Below are positions 26,388 through 34,206 of a stretch of DNA of 64,000 nucleotides, in pieces. Within the stretch, counting starts at the first letter, position 1. The number at the start of each line of letters is the position of its first letter. A program made the translations under genes and the position numbers. Under the pieces are notes generated by a model, which did not search any database, was not told where the DNA came from, and saw nothing but the letters and a program-made list of their open reading frames with translations. Where the stretch lies: NCBI GenBank assembly GCA_043101605.1, contig JBICIG010000060.1:5203-69202 (forward strand). The letters are read 5' to 3'. The stretch is from Phycisphaerales bacterium JB037. Lineage in GTDB: Bacteria; Planctomycetota; Phycisphaerae; Phycisphaerales; UBA1924.

Positions 26388-27487
26388 GCCGCCCGTCCCG
26401 GCTGCACGCGCTGCTGATGGTCCGCGACGAGGCGGACATCATCGATCGCTCGCTCGACCACTTGCTCGCGCGGTTCGACACGCTCCTGGTCTTCGACACG
26501 GGCTCGACCGACGGCACGCGGGAGGCGATCGAGCGCCGAGCCGCCGCCGAGCCCCGGCTCGAGGTGTTCGCGCACCCGTTCGCGCACGGGCCGGTGCTGT
26601 TCCACGCCGGGCTCCGGGCGTTGATGTTCGAGCGTTTCCGAGACCGGTTCCGCCCGGGCGACTGGGTGGCGCGGGTGGACGCCGACGAGTTCTTCATCAC
26701 ACCGCCGCGCGAGTTCATCGCGTCGCTGCGCGCGCACGAGTCGGTGATCGTCACGCAGAACCACGACTTGCTGTTCGTCCGGCGTGACCCGCCGCCCGAG
26801 CCCGGGCCCGACGGCGAGCCCTCCTCGCTGCCGATCGAATGGCCCCCGCCCACGGGGGCCCGCGCGTACATCGACAACCCGACCTACGAGCCGCGCTTCT
26901 TCCGCTACCGAAGGTCGATGCGCTGGGCGCCGGATCGGTGGCTCCCGTTCAACCCGGGCGTGGCGGCGGCGCGGCGGCTGGGCGTGCTGCACGAACGCTG
27001 GCGTTCGCCCGAGCAGGCGATCCGTCGATGGGCGCTGCGCCTGGCGACCAGCCCCGACATGCCGATCGGTGGGGCGCACTGGGCCCGCGCCCGCACCTGG
27101 TACGCCGCGGCCCGCAAGCGTTCGAACCCGCAACTCCGCTGGCTCGCGCCGGGCGAGGTCCCCCCGCCGACGACCGACGCCGACCACCGGCCCTCTCGCC
27201 GCAAGCACCTGGCGCTGCGCGCGCTCCATGGCAGCGGGCTGGTTCGGCTGCTCGATCGCACCCGGCCCGGGCTCGCTCCCGAGTTCGCGCCCGAGCCCTT
27301 CCCGGCCGAGCGCCTCGCCGAGGCGCGTCGGCTCGAGGCCCGGGCCCTGGCGCAGCTTGCCCGCTGGCTGGATCGGCCCGAGGTGGTGCTGCCGCCCGAC
27401 CATCGCCCCGCGCCCGCGGCGGATTCGCCTACCATCGCCTCCACGCCCGCGCCGGCATCCCCCACGGGGGCCGAACCGGGCGTTTGA
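26384..27487 (+). CDS. glycosyltransferase family 2-like protein (tandem paralog)
   Basis: ATGA overlap with the preceding gene. LLMVRDEADIIDRSLDHL....LVFDTGSTDGT and RVDADEF are present. Confidence 0.65.
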   Translation: MSRPSRLHALLMVRDEADIIDRSLDHLLARFDTLLVFDTGSTDGTREAIERRAAAEPRLEVFAHPFAHGPVLFHAGLRALMFERFRDRFRPGDWVARVDADEFFITPPREFIASLRAHESVIVTQNHDLLFVRRDPPPEPGPDGEPSSLPIEWPPPTGARAYIDNPTYEPRFFRYRRSMRWAPDRWLPFNPGVAAARRLGVLHERWRSPEQAIRRWALRLATSPDMPIGGAHWARARTWYAAARKRSNPQLRWLAPGEVPPPTTDADHRPSRRKHLALRALHGSGLVRLLDRTRPGLAPEFAPEPFPAERLAEARRLEARALAQLARWLDRPEVVLPPDHRPAPAADSPTIASTPAPASPTGAEPGV

Positions 27488-27517
27488 CCCCCGCAGAGCC
27501 TTCCCGGGAGAGAACGC

Positions 27518-28492
27518 ATGGCCATCCTCGTCGACGCGAACACCAAGGTCCTCTGCCAGGGCATCACCGGCTCGTACGGGGCCGTCCACACGCGCGGGTG
27601 CTTCCACTACGGCACGAAGATGGCCGGGGGCGTCACGCCCGGCAAGGGCGGCACCAAGGACGCCAACGGTCTCCCCGTCTTCGACACCGTCGAGCGGGCA
27701 GTGATCGAAACCGGCGCGACCGCGACGATGATCTTCGTGCCCCCGCCGTTCGCCGCCGACGCGGTGATGGAAGCCGCCCACGCCGGCATCAAGCTCATCT
27801 GCTGCATCACCGAGGGCGTGCCCGTGCAGGACATGGTCCGCTGCCGGGCGCTGCTCGATGAGATCAACCAGGACCGCGGGCAGTCCGACCGCATCGTCCT
27901 CGTCGGGCCCAACTGCCCGGGTGTCATCACCCCCGGTCCCAAGACCGGCACCGGCGACAGCGGCAGCGACCCGTACACCAGCAGCGGCTGCAAGATCGGC
28001 ATCATGCCCGGTTACATCCACACCCACCGCTCCGAGCCCAAGTGCACCACGGGCAAGGCGGTCGGCATCGTGTCCCGCTCGGGCACGCTGACTTACGAAG
28101 CGGTCTGGCAGTGCTCGAACCTGGGCATCGCCCAGAGCACCTGCGTCGGCATCGGCGGCGACCCCGTCCGCGGGCTCGACCACATCGAGTCCATCCGGCT
28201 CTTCCAGGAAGACCCGGACACCGACGGCATCCTGATGATCGGCGAGATCGGCGGCACCGACGAGGAAGCCGCCGCCGCGTTCATCGCCGAACATGTCACC
28301 AAGCCCGTGGCTGCCTTTATTGCCGGCCGCACGGCTCCCCCCGGCAAGCGCATGGGCCACGCCGGCGCGATCATCTCGGGCGGCGAGGGCACGGCCGACT
28401 CGAAGATCGCGGCGCTGCAGGAAGCGGGGGTCGAAGTCGCGATGAGCCCGGCGGATATGGGCAGGGCGATGGCGAAGGGGTTGGGGGTCTGA
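27518..28492 (+). CDS. sucD: succinate--CoA ligase subunit alpha
   Basis: Contains [29 protein letters not shown] and the phosphohistidine loop [10 protein letters not shown]. Two short insertions are present relative to the usual family layout. Confidence 0.95.
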   Translation: MAILVDANTKVLCQGITGSYGAVHTRGCFHYGTKMAGGVTPGKGGTKDANGLPVFDTVERAVIETGATATMIFVPPPFAADAVMEAAHAGIKLICCITEGVPVQDMVRCRALLDEINQDRGQSDRIVLVGPNCPGVITPGPKTGTGDSGSDPYTSSGCKIGIMPGYIHTHRSEPKCTTGKAVGIVSRSGTLTYEAVWQCSNLGIAQSTCVGIGGDPVRGLDHIESIRLFQEDPDTDGILMIGEIGGTDEEAAAAFIAEHVTKPVAAFIAGRTAPPGKRMGHAGAIISGGEGTADSKIAALQEAGVEVAMSPADMGRAMAKGLGV

Positions 28493-28524
28493 GACAACAG
28501 GCGGAATCGCGAGACACCCTTAGT

Positions 28525-28621
28525 GTGTGGCATGCTCAATGGAGGCGCAGCCGAGCTTGGGCATGTGCCTTGTTCAATCGAATGCTTCACCATGGCCAAG
28601 CGGCGCTTGACCATGCCACAC
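28525..28621 (+). repeat. REP/REPIN palindromic unit, copy 1 (97 nt)
   Basis: GTGTGGCATGCTCAA.....TTGACCATGCCACAC. The termini are inverted repeats and the interior is also self-complementary. Confidence 0.85.
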
Positions 28622-28640
28622 AATGAGCAACGCCCCGCTC

Positions 28641-28737
28641 GTGTGGCATGCTCAAGGGAGGCGCAGCCGAGCTTGGGCATGTGCCTCGTTCAATCGAATG
28701 CTTCACCATGGCCAAGCGGCGCTTGACCATGCCACAC
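28641..28737 (+). repeat. REP/REPIN palindromic unit, copy 2 (97 nt)
   Basis: Near-identical direct copy of 28525..28621, offset by 116 nt. Confidence 0.85.
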
Positions 28738-28752
28738 TGAATCAACGGCCGA

Positions 28753-29364
28753 TCAAACTGATCGAGGCGGGAGCCCTTCCCGATCGATTGTCAGCTGCGC
28801 CGAACGCGAACCCCCATACTCTCCCGCGCTCGACCACTCCCACTCCCCCGGAAGTGCGCATAACCCGGCTCGGACCGGGTTCATGTGGATGTAGTCGATC
28901 GCTTCCCAGACAGCCTTCGGCGTTCTCAGGTTGCGATCGAAACCGCCGCCGCGTTGCCAGAGACGATGTGAGCCGCCATCCGGTACGGCCGGGTCATGCA
29001 TCGCCTTGAGCAGATCCGGCATCTCTGATCTGGCAAGGTTGACAATCCGACGCGCGGCCGACTGCTTGATGCTCTGCAGGATCGGGGCGACCGCCCCTTG
29101 CGGAAGCATGAGCAGATGAACATGGTCGGGCATGATGACGAAAGCCCAAAGCTTGAAGTGGTGCTGATCTCTTGCTCGATCGATAGCTTGCAGAACGATC
29201 TCACGCAGACGCGGTTCATTGAGCAATGCTTGATTGTGGAAGCACGCAAAGTTCAGCAGACGGGCATCGCCCGGATTCTCGATACGGACCCGCGTCTTGT
29301 AACGATGCGTCGCCACGAAGGCACAATAGTGGCAGCACTTCGGATCCGCTATCAAGAGTGGCAT
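28753..29364 (-). CDS. REP-associated tyrosine transposase (RAYT, IS200/IS605 Y1-like)
   Basis: HUH motif MPDHVHLLM and catalytic-Tyr motif AIDYIHMNPVRAGL. Start taken at Met44 of ORF 28753..29493, because the upstream codons run through a REP copy. Confidence 0.85.
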   Translation of the reverse strand: MPLLIADPKCCHYCAFVATHRYKTRVRIENPGDARLLNFACFHNQALLNEPRLREIVLQAIDRARDQHHFKLWAFVIMPDHVHLLMLPQGAVAPILQSIKQSAARRIVNLARSEMPDLLKAMHDPAVPDGGSHRLWQRGGGFDRNLRTPKAVWEAIDYIHMNPVRAGLCALPGEWEWSSAGEYGGSRSAQLTIDREGLPPRSV

Positions 29365-29439
29365 GCTCAAGCGAGCTTGGGCATGGCCCTGCTCGTCGGG
29401 TGCCCCTCCATGGCCAAGCTGCGCTTGACCATGCCACAC
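29358..29439 (+). repeat. REP unit, copy 3 (diverged, 82 nt)
   Basis: GTGGCATGCTCAAGCGAGCTTGGGCATGG....CCATGGCCAAGCTGCGCTTGACCATGCCACAC. Confidence 0.8.
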
Positions 29440-29470
29440 GCTGAGGACGCTCACAGGACAAGCGTCGAGC

Positions 29471-30382
29471 TCACGCCAGCGCCAACCCCTCAAACGCCCG
29501 CGTCTCCGCGTCGTGCAGGTCGATCAGTTCCTGGTCCAGTTCGCTCCTGGGCGTCAGGTCGCCGTATTCCGCGACCGGGGCGCACACGCCGAAGCGTTGC
29601 GACTCGAGTTCGTACCGCTCCATCCACCGTTGCAGGGCGGCGACATCCGCGTCGGTCCGCCGCCATTCCTGGGCCGGGGCGACCTTGCCCTGCTCATCGA
29701 CGCCGATCGGAAACGGCGGACGACCGACGGGCATCCGCCAGGGCTTTGGCGTTAGGCGCGCGCGGAAGCACTGCTGGTACATGCACAGGTCTGAATAAAG
29801 ATCATCGGCGCCGAGGTCGTCCATCAGGTCAAGCGCCTCGTCGGAATCGGGCTCCATCGGCGGGTTGACCAGCAGGTATCGAAGCCCCGCGGCGGTGCGG
29901 TAGGCCCGCGCGCCGCGGCCGCTGCCCTCGGCGACCCAGAGCTCGAGCTTCGCAAGCGCCAGATCGACCTTGTTCTCGAGCTTGTTCTTCTTGCCGAAGA
30001 GTCGCCCGAAGACGCCGCCGACCGTGGGCGCCGCGTCCTCGCCGAAGTCGACATCGATGAAGACGAGCGACTTCGTGTTGAGCACCTTGCACCCGTAGCG
30101 GTTGATGGTCACCGCGGCGAGGGTCTGCTCGTTCTCCTCCCAGAGGTTGCGCCCCCACTCCTGCACGACCGGCTCGGGCTTGCCCGCCTCGGCGTAGTCG
30201 TACCAGTCGAGATCCTCGCCCGAACGCACCCGCTTGGCGAGATCCTCGACCGCCTGCTTGGCCAGCCGCATCGCGTGCTCGGGGCTGCGGTTCGAGCCGC
30301 GGCGGACGGCGAGGTCGAAGGTGCCGTGCTCGCCCGTCACCCCGTCGAGCGTGGCCCGGGCCCAGTAGCGAGCGATCTTCAT
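29471..30382 (-). CDS. conserved-looking hypothetical protein (possible degenerate primase-polymerase-like core)
   Basis: 303-aa ORF with normal composition. LVFIDVDF, YRTAAGLRYLLV and DDLGADDLY loosely resemble AEP motifs I-III. This is weak. Confidence 0.55.
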   Translation of the reverse strand: MKIARYWARATLDGVTGEHGTFDLAVRRGSNRSPEHAMRLAKQAVEDLAKRVRSGEDLDWYDYAEAGKPEPVVQEWGRNLWEENEQTLAAVTINRYGCKVLNTKSLVFIDVDFGEDAAPTVGGVFGRLFGKKNKLENKVDLALAKLELWVAEGSGRGARAYRTAAGLRYLLVNPPMEPDSDEALDLMDDLGADDLYSDLCMYQQCFRARLTPKPWRMPVGRPPFPIGVDEQGKVAPAQEWRRTDADVAALQRWMERYELESQRFGVCAPVAEYGDLTPRSELDQELIDLHDAETRAFEGLALA

Positions 30383-30691
30383 GGTCGGCTCCGGATGGTC
30401 GGCTCCAGGTCAGTTGGCCGCGCTTGGCGTCCCGCCGAGAGCCTAACGAACGCCTCCGCCCGGATCGACCTGCCCCGCGCCGGGCCAGCTCACGCACGGA
30501 CCTTCGGCCGAGCGTCCGGAAAGCCCGCTCCCCCGCCCCGCTTCGGGGGAGGAATCACCCCGCAAGCCGCCCCGAACCCCGCCGAGCGATGGCCGGGGGG
30601 GGCGGGTGCCGTCGTCGGCAATGAAATCGCGACGGGCCCGTTCCAACCAAGCATCCAGAGGAGTACCCGCGGCAGGGGCGGGGACCACACC

Positions 30692-31138
30692 ATGAATCGC
30701 ACCGACCTCATCCACATTTCGATCGGCTCGGCCGTCCTTATCGCCGCGGGTGTGCTGGGCCCGAAGCTCGCGACCAACGCCGCCGACCTGGGGCTGACCG
30801 CTCCGCAGCCCCCGGCGGCTCGATCGATCGACGACGGCGGCTTGACCATCCGGACCGCGCCCGGCAACGGGCAGACCTTCTTCGCGGAGGTGGAGATCCA
30901 CCGCACCGCCCCGTTCATCACGGGCCCGGACACCGACGAAGCCGCCGGCCCGCCGCTGCTCTACTCGATCGCCCACTTCGCCGGCGGGCTGGTGCCCGAT
31001 CGCTCGGCCGCCCGTCTGCTCGGGACCGACATGCCCTGGATCGACCCGCACCCCCGCGGGCGGACCGGCTCGCGCCCCAGCGCGACCAACGCGCTCCCGG
31101 GCCCGGTGAACTTCCGCTGGCAGAGCCGGGCGGGCTGA
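30692..31138 (+). CDS. hypothetical protein with N-terminal TM/signal
   Basis: ATG at 30692 inside ORF 30275..31138. MNRTDLIHISIGSAVLIAAGVLG. No family recognised. Confidence 0.4.
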   Translation: MNRTDLIHISIGSAVLIAAGVLGPKLATNAADLGLTAPQPPAARSIDDGGLTIRTAPGNGQTFFAEVEIHRTAPFITGPDTDEAAGPPLLYSIAHFAGGLVPDRSAARLLGTDMPWIDPHPRGRTGSRPSATNALPGPVNFRWQSRAG

Positions 31139-31145
31139 CGCCCGC

Positions 31146-32543
31146 TCAGGGTCGGCGGTAAACCTTCCCTTCCTTCATTACGAACCGCACGCTGCGCATC
31201 ACGCTGATGCGCTCGAGCGGGTTGCCGGGCACGGCGATGATGTCGGCGATCTTGCCGACCTCCAGCGTGCCCAACTGTTCGCTCAGGCCGCAGAGGTCGG
31301 CGGCGTGCACGGTCGCCATCTTCAGCGCGTCCATTTCCGAGACGCCCGCCTCGACGAGGTACTCGAACTCGAGCGCGTTGCTGCCGTGGGCGCCGACGCC
31401 GACATCGGTGCCGAAGGCGATCTTCACGCCCGCGCGGTACGCCCGCGCGACCGACGCCTGGATCTGCGGGCCCACCGCCGCCGCCTTGACCCGGATCGCG
31501 TCGTTGAAGTAGCCGGGCTCCTCGGCCTTCTCGGCGACGAACTTGCCCGCGTGGATCGTCGGGACGAGGTAAGTGCCGTGCTCCTTGAACAGTTCGATCG
31601 CCTCGTCGTCGAGATAGGTCCCGTGCTCGATGGAGTCGACGCCAGCCCGGACCGCCGCCTTGATGCCGTCGCTCCCGTGCGCATGGGCCGCGACCTTGCG
31701 CCCCATCGTGCGGGCGGTCTCGACCACCGCGCGGATCTCGTCCTCGAACATCTGCTGATCGACGCCCGCGGCGGTGTTCGACAGCACGCCCCCTGTCGCG
31801 GTAATCTTGATCAAATCCGACCCGCGCTTAACCCGCTCTCGCACCGCCTTGCGCATCTCATAAGGCCCGTCGGCGATCCCGTCCATGGGCGTCATCTCCG
31901 GACGCAGGATCGGGGAGATGCCGTTGGTCCGGTCGGCGTGCCCGCCGGTCACCGCGATCGACCGCCCGGCCGCGAGAATGCGCGGGCCCGGGATCACGCC
32001 CGCGGCGATCCGGTCGCGCAGCGCGTAGATATCCGACCCGAGCGACCCGACATTGCGCACAGTGGTGAACCCGGCCATCAGCGTGCGCTCGGCGTACACC
32101 GTCCCGTCGATCGCCGAGTGCGTGGGCTCCTCGGTCAGCGTCCGCCGCAGCCGCTCGCCCATCGGCACCTGCTGGCTCGTCAGGTGCGTGTGGCAGTCGA
32201 ACAGCCCGGGCATGACGAAGTGGTCGCGTAGATCGATCGGCGAGGCACCCTCGGGCAGGCGCGCTTCGCTCCCGGAGACAAATCCGTCGCGGATCTCGGC
32301 GATCTTCCCGCCGCGCACGATGATCGAGACCTCACGCCGCGGCTCCTCGCCCGGGACCAGCAACGCCGTCCCGCAGTGAAGCACCTGCACGCTGCCCGGG
32401 GCGCTCTCCTGCGCCGACGCGACCCCGCCGAGCGATCCCCCGACAAGCAAGCCACCCGCGAGCACCGCCGCGCGCGTGCGCCGCGCCGCGCCGAAGACCG
32501 CCGCCCGCATCCACCGACCCGCCGCCGCAACCACGCTAGTCAT
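31146..32543 (-). CDS. secreted amidohydrolase-family metallohydrolase
   Basis: Contains GLFDCHTHL, KVAAHAHG, SIEHGTY, FGTDVGV and the C-terminal GKIADIIAV motif of the amidohydrolase superfamily. Confidence 0.85.
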   Translation of the reverse strand: MTSVVAAAGRWMRAAVFGAARRTRAAVLAGGLLVGGSLGGVASAQESAPGSVQVLHCGTALLVPGEEPRREVSIIVRGGKIAEIRDGFVSGSEARLPEGASPIDLRDHFVMPGLFDCHTHLTSQQVPMGERLRRTLTEEPTHSAIDGTVYAERTLMAGFTTVRNVGSLGSDIYALRDRIAAGVIPGPRILAAGRSIAVTGGHADRTNGISPILRPEMTPMDGIADGPYEMRKAVRERVKRGSDLIKITATGGVLSNTAAGVDQQMFEDEIRAVVETARTMGRKVAAHAHGSDGIKAAVRAGVDSIEHGTYLDDEAIELFKEHGTYLVPTIHAGKFVAEKAEEPGYFNDAIRVKAAAVGPQIQASVARAYRAGVKIAFGTDVGVGAHGSNALEFEYLVEAGVSEMDALKMATVHAADLCGLSEQLGTLEVGKIADIIAVPGNPLERISVMRSVRFVMKEGKVYRRP

Positions 32544-32806
32544 GAAACTGCTCCCCGGTTCGTGCGCACGGGATCATCCCGTGCGCCCGCGCAGCGTACC
32601 GCCCCCCGCCGCCGCGCCAATCCCCGGGCAAGCCCCGAATGCGTGGTGGTTTCCGACCCGACTGCTGGACCATCGAGCCGCGCGCGTGAGCAAGCGGCCT
32701 GTGAGCGTTGCGAGAGTGCTTCACGCGTGAGTGCCGCGTGCGAATCCCTCGCTCCCTGACGGTCGCGGCTCGTTCAATCCCGCCGAGTCGACCCGCCGCC
32801 CAACTC

Positions 32807-32971
32807 TCACGCCGAGCCCGGCGGGAACAGCACCCAATCCCCCTCCACCTCATTGGGCAGGTCGGGGTCCGCTTCGACCGCTTCGCGCCAGCGCTCGGGC
32901 TCCCGACCGCCGCAATCGCCCAGCCCCGCGACGAGGCCGCACACGATGATCGCCGATGCAAGACCCTTCAT
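32807..32971 (-). CDS. small lipoprotein (54 aa), below the ORF-track cutoff
   Basis: The reverse ATG at 32971 reads MKGLASAIIVCGLVAGLGDCGGREPERWREAVEADPDLPNEVEGDWVLFPPGSA, with stop TGA at 32809..32807. It has a signal/lipobox-like N-terminus. Its C-terminus parallels that of the 482-aa protein at 34207..35655. Confidence 0.55.
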   Translation of the reverse strand: MKGLASAIIVCGLVAGLGDCGGREPERWREAVEADPDLPNEVEGDWVLFPPGSA

Positions 32972-33016
32972 GCCGCCAGTCTACCTCCCGCCACCCACTC
33001 CCGACCTCCCGATCTC

Positions 33017-33067
33017 CCCACTCCCCATTGCCCATTGCCCATTGCCCATTGCCCATTGCCCATTGCC
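33017..33067 (+). repeat. heptamer array (CCCATTG)6 plus a degenerate unit; the complement fits the G-quadruplex consensus
   Basis: cccactc, then six perfect cccattg units (33024..33065), then cc. The array ends directly before the -35 TTGACA. Confidence 0.9.
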
Positions 33068-33096
33068 TTGACATTACTTGTGACAACGATTATCGT
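33068..33096 (+). promoter_or_regulatory. sigma-70-like promoter of marR (predicts a leaderless mRNA)
   Basis: TTGACA (33068..33073), a 17-nt spacer, then TATCGT (33091..33096). The GTG start at 33103 is 6 nt downstream. Confidence 0.6.
33076..33087 (+). promoter_or_regulatory. candidate MarR operator ACTTGTGACAAC (dyad TTGTGACAA) in the marR promoter spacer
   Basis: The exact 12-mer recurs in inverted orientation at 35755..35766 in the pirin promoter. Confidence 0.5.
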
Positions 33097-33102
33097 GACC
33101 CC

Positions 33103-33594
33103 GTGCCTCCCGCCCAGCCATCCGGGCTCGCCTCGCAGGTCGGCAAGCGTCGCCCGTTCGACTCGCCCGAGCAGGAGGCCCACCTCAACATCCTCCGCAC
33201 CGCGTGCGTGCTCGAAGGCTCGCTCGCGCCGATCTTCAAGGACGCCGATCTCAGCCCGTCCTCGTACAATGTCCTCCGCATCCTCCGCGGCGCTGGGCCC
33301 GAGGGGCGACGCGCCACCGAGATCGGCTGCGACATGGTCGTGCGCGTCCCCGATGTCACACGCCTGGTCGATCGGCTGATCGAGCAGGGGCTCGCCGAGC
33401 GACGCCGGTGCGACGAGGACCGACGCGTCGTCTTTGTGCGCATCACCCGCAAGGGCTCGCAGCTTCTCCATCGCCTCGATGCGCCGGTGCTCGAAGCCCA
33501 CAAGGCCCAGCTCGGGCACCTGACGCGCAAGGAACTCGCCGAGTTGAATCGGCTGCTGGTCAAGGCGCGGAACGAACCCGAGCCGCCCGGGTAA
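33103..33594 (+). CDS. MarR-family transcriptional regulator
   Basis: GTG at 33103 is the only plausible in-frame start after the repeat-derived codons. The wHTH reads SPSSYNVLRILRGAGPEGRRATEIGCDMVVRVPDVTRLVDRLIEQGLAERRRCDEDRRVVFVRITRKG. Confidence 0.85.
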   Translation: MPPAQPSGLASQVGKRRPFDSPEQEAHLNILRTACVLEGSLAPIFKDADLSPSSYNVLRILRGAGPEGRRATEIGCDMVVRVPDVTRLVDRLIEQGLAERRRCDEDRRVVFVRITRKGSQLLHRLDAPVLEAHKAQLGHLTRKELAELNRLLVKARNEPEPPG

Positions 33595-33614
33595 CCCCAC
33601 TCCATCGAGCGACC

Positions 33615-34193
33615 ATGACCTCCATCGCCATCGTCTATCACTCCGGGTTCGGGCACACCAAGGCCGTCGCCGCGAGCGTGCTCACGGGCGTCGAGTCCGC
33701 CGGCGCCGTCGGCACGCTGATCGATGTTGCCGAACTCCCCGCGCCCGACGACGACCGCAACTACGCCGGGCGGTGGTCCGAACTGGAAGCCGCCGACGCG
33801 ATCATCTTCGGCACGCCCACCTACATGGGCACGGTCTCGGCGGCGTTCAAACAGTTCATGGATCACACGGGCACGATCTGGTATCGGCAGGCGTGGAAGG
33901 ACAAGGTCGCCGCGGGCTTCACCAACGCCGCGAGCCTCGACGGCGACAAGCGCGCCACGCTCGTCACCCTCACGACCTTCGCCGCCCAGCACCAGATGAT
34001 CTGGGTCACCCAGGGCGTCTTCCCCGACCGCGAGGGCGCCAACCGCCTCGGCTCGTGGCTCGGGCTGACCACCCAGGCCGACAACAACAAGGGCCCCGAC
34101 CTCGCCCCGCCCCCCGAGGACCACCGCACGGCGAGGATGTTCGGGGAGCGCGTGGCGAACGCGGCGAAGCGCTGGCAACGCGGCCGGGCGTAA
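33615..34193 (+). CDS. flavodoxin-like NAD(P)H:quinone oxidoreductase (WrbA-like)
   Basis: ATG at 33615. Contains IAIVYHSGFGHTKAVA and IIFGTPTYMGTVSAAFKQFMD. Confidence 0.85.
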   Translation: MTSIAIVYHSGFGHTKAVAASVLTGVESAGAVGTLIDVAELPAPDDDRNYAGRWSELEAADAIIFGTPTYMGTVSAAFKQFMDHTGTIWYRQAWKDKVAAGFTNAASLDGDKRATLVTLTTFAAQHQMIWVTQGVFPDREGANRLGSWLGLTTQADNNKGPDLAPPPEDHRTARMFGERVANAAKRWQRGRA

Positions 34194-34206
34194 CGGCCGG
34201 GCACGC

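Larger units (their letters stand above)
28525..29439 (-). mobile_element. REPtron: RAYT gene flanked by its cognate REP units
   Basis: Two REP units lie 3' of the gene and one diverged unit overlaps its 5' end. All three are in the same orientation. Confidence 0.75.

Noticed and set aside
23682-28360. Long minus-strand ORFs 23682..26384 (900 aa) and 26159..28360 (733 aa)
   Set aside because: They are antisense to the PDZ-hydrolase, both GT2-like genes and sucD. They have low-complexity composition and no family motifs.
28500-28740. Possible CRISPR array, or the small ORFs 28523..28726 and 28623..29009
   Set aside because: There are only two direct copies. The units are themselves palindromes, there is no spacer-like unique sequence of regular size, and there are no cas genes. 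An adjacent RAYT gene explains them as REP/REPIN units. The ORFs simply translate the repeats.
32956-33102. N-terminal extension of the MarR ORF and ORFs 32853..33071 and 32850..33086 (PLPIAHCPLPIAHC / GNGQWAMGNGQWAMG)
   Set aside because: These peptides are translations of the CCCATTG heptamer array and of the promoter. They are not coding.
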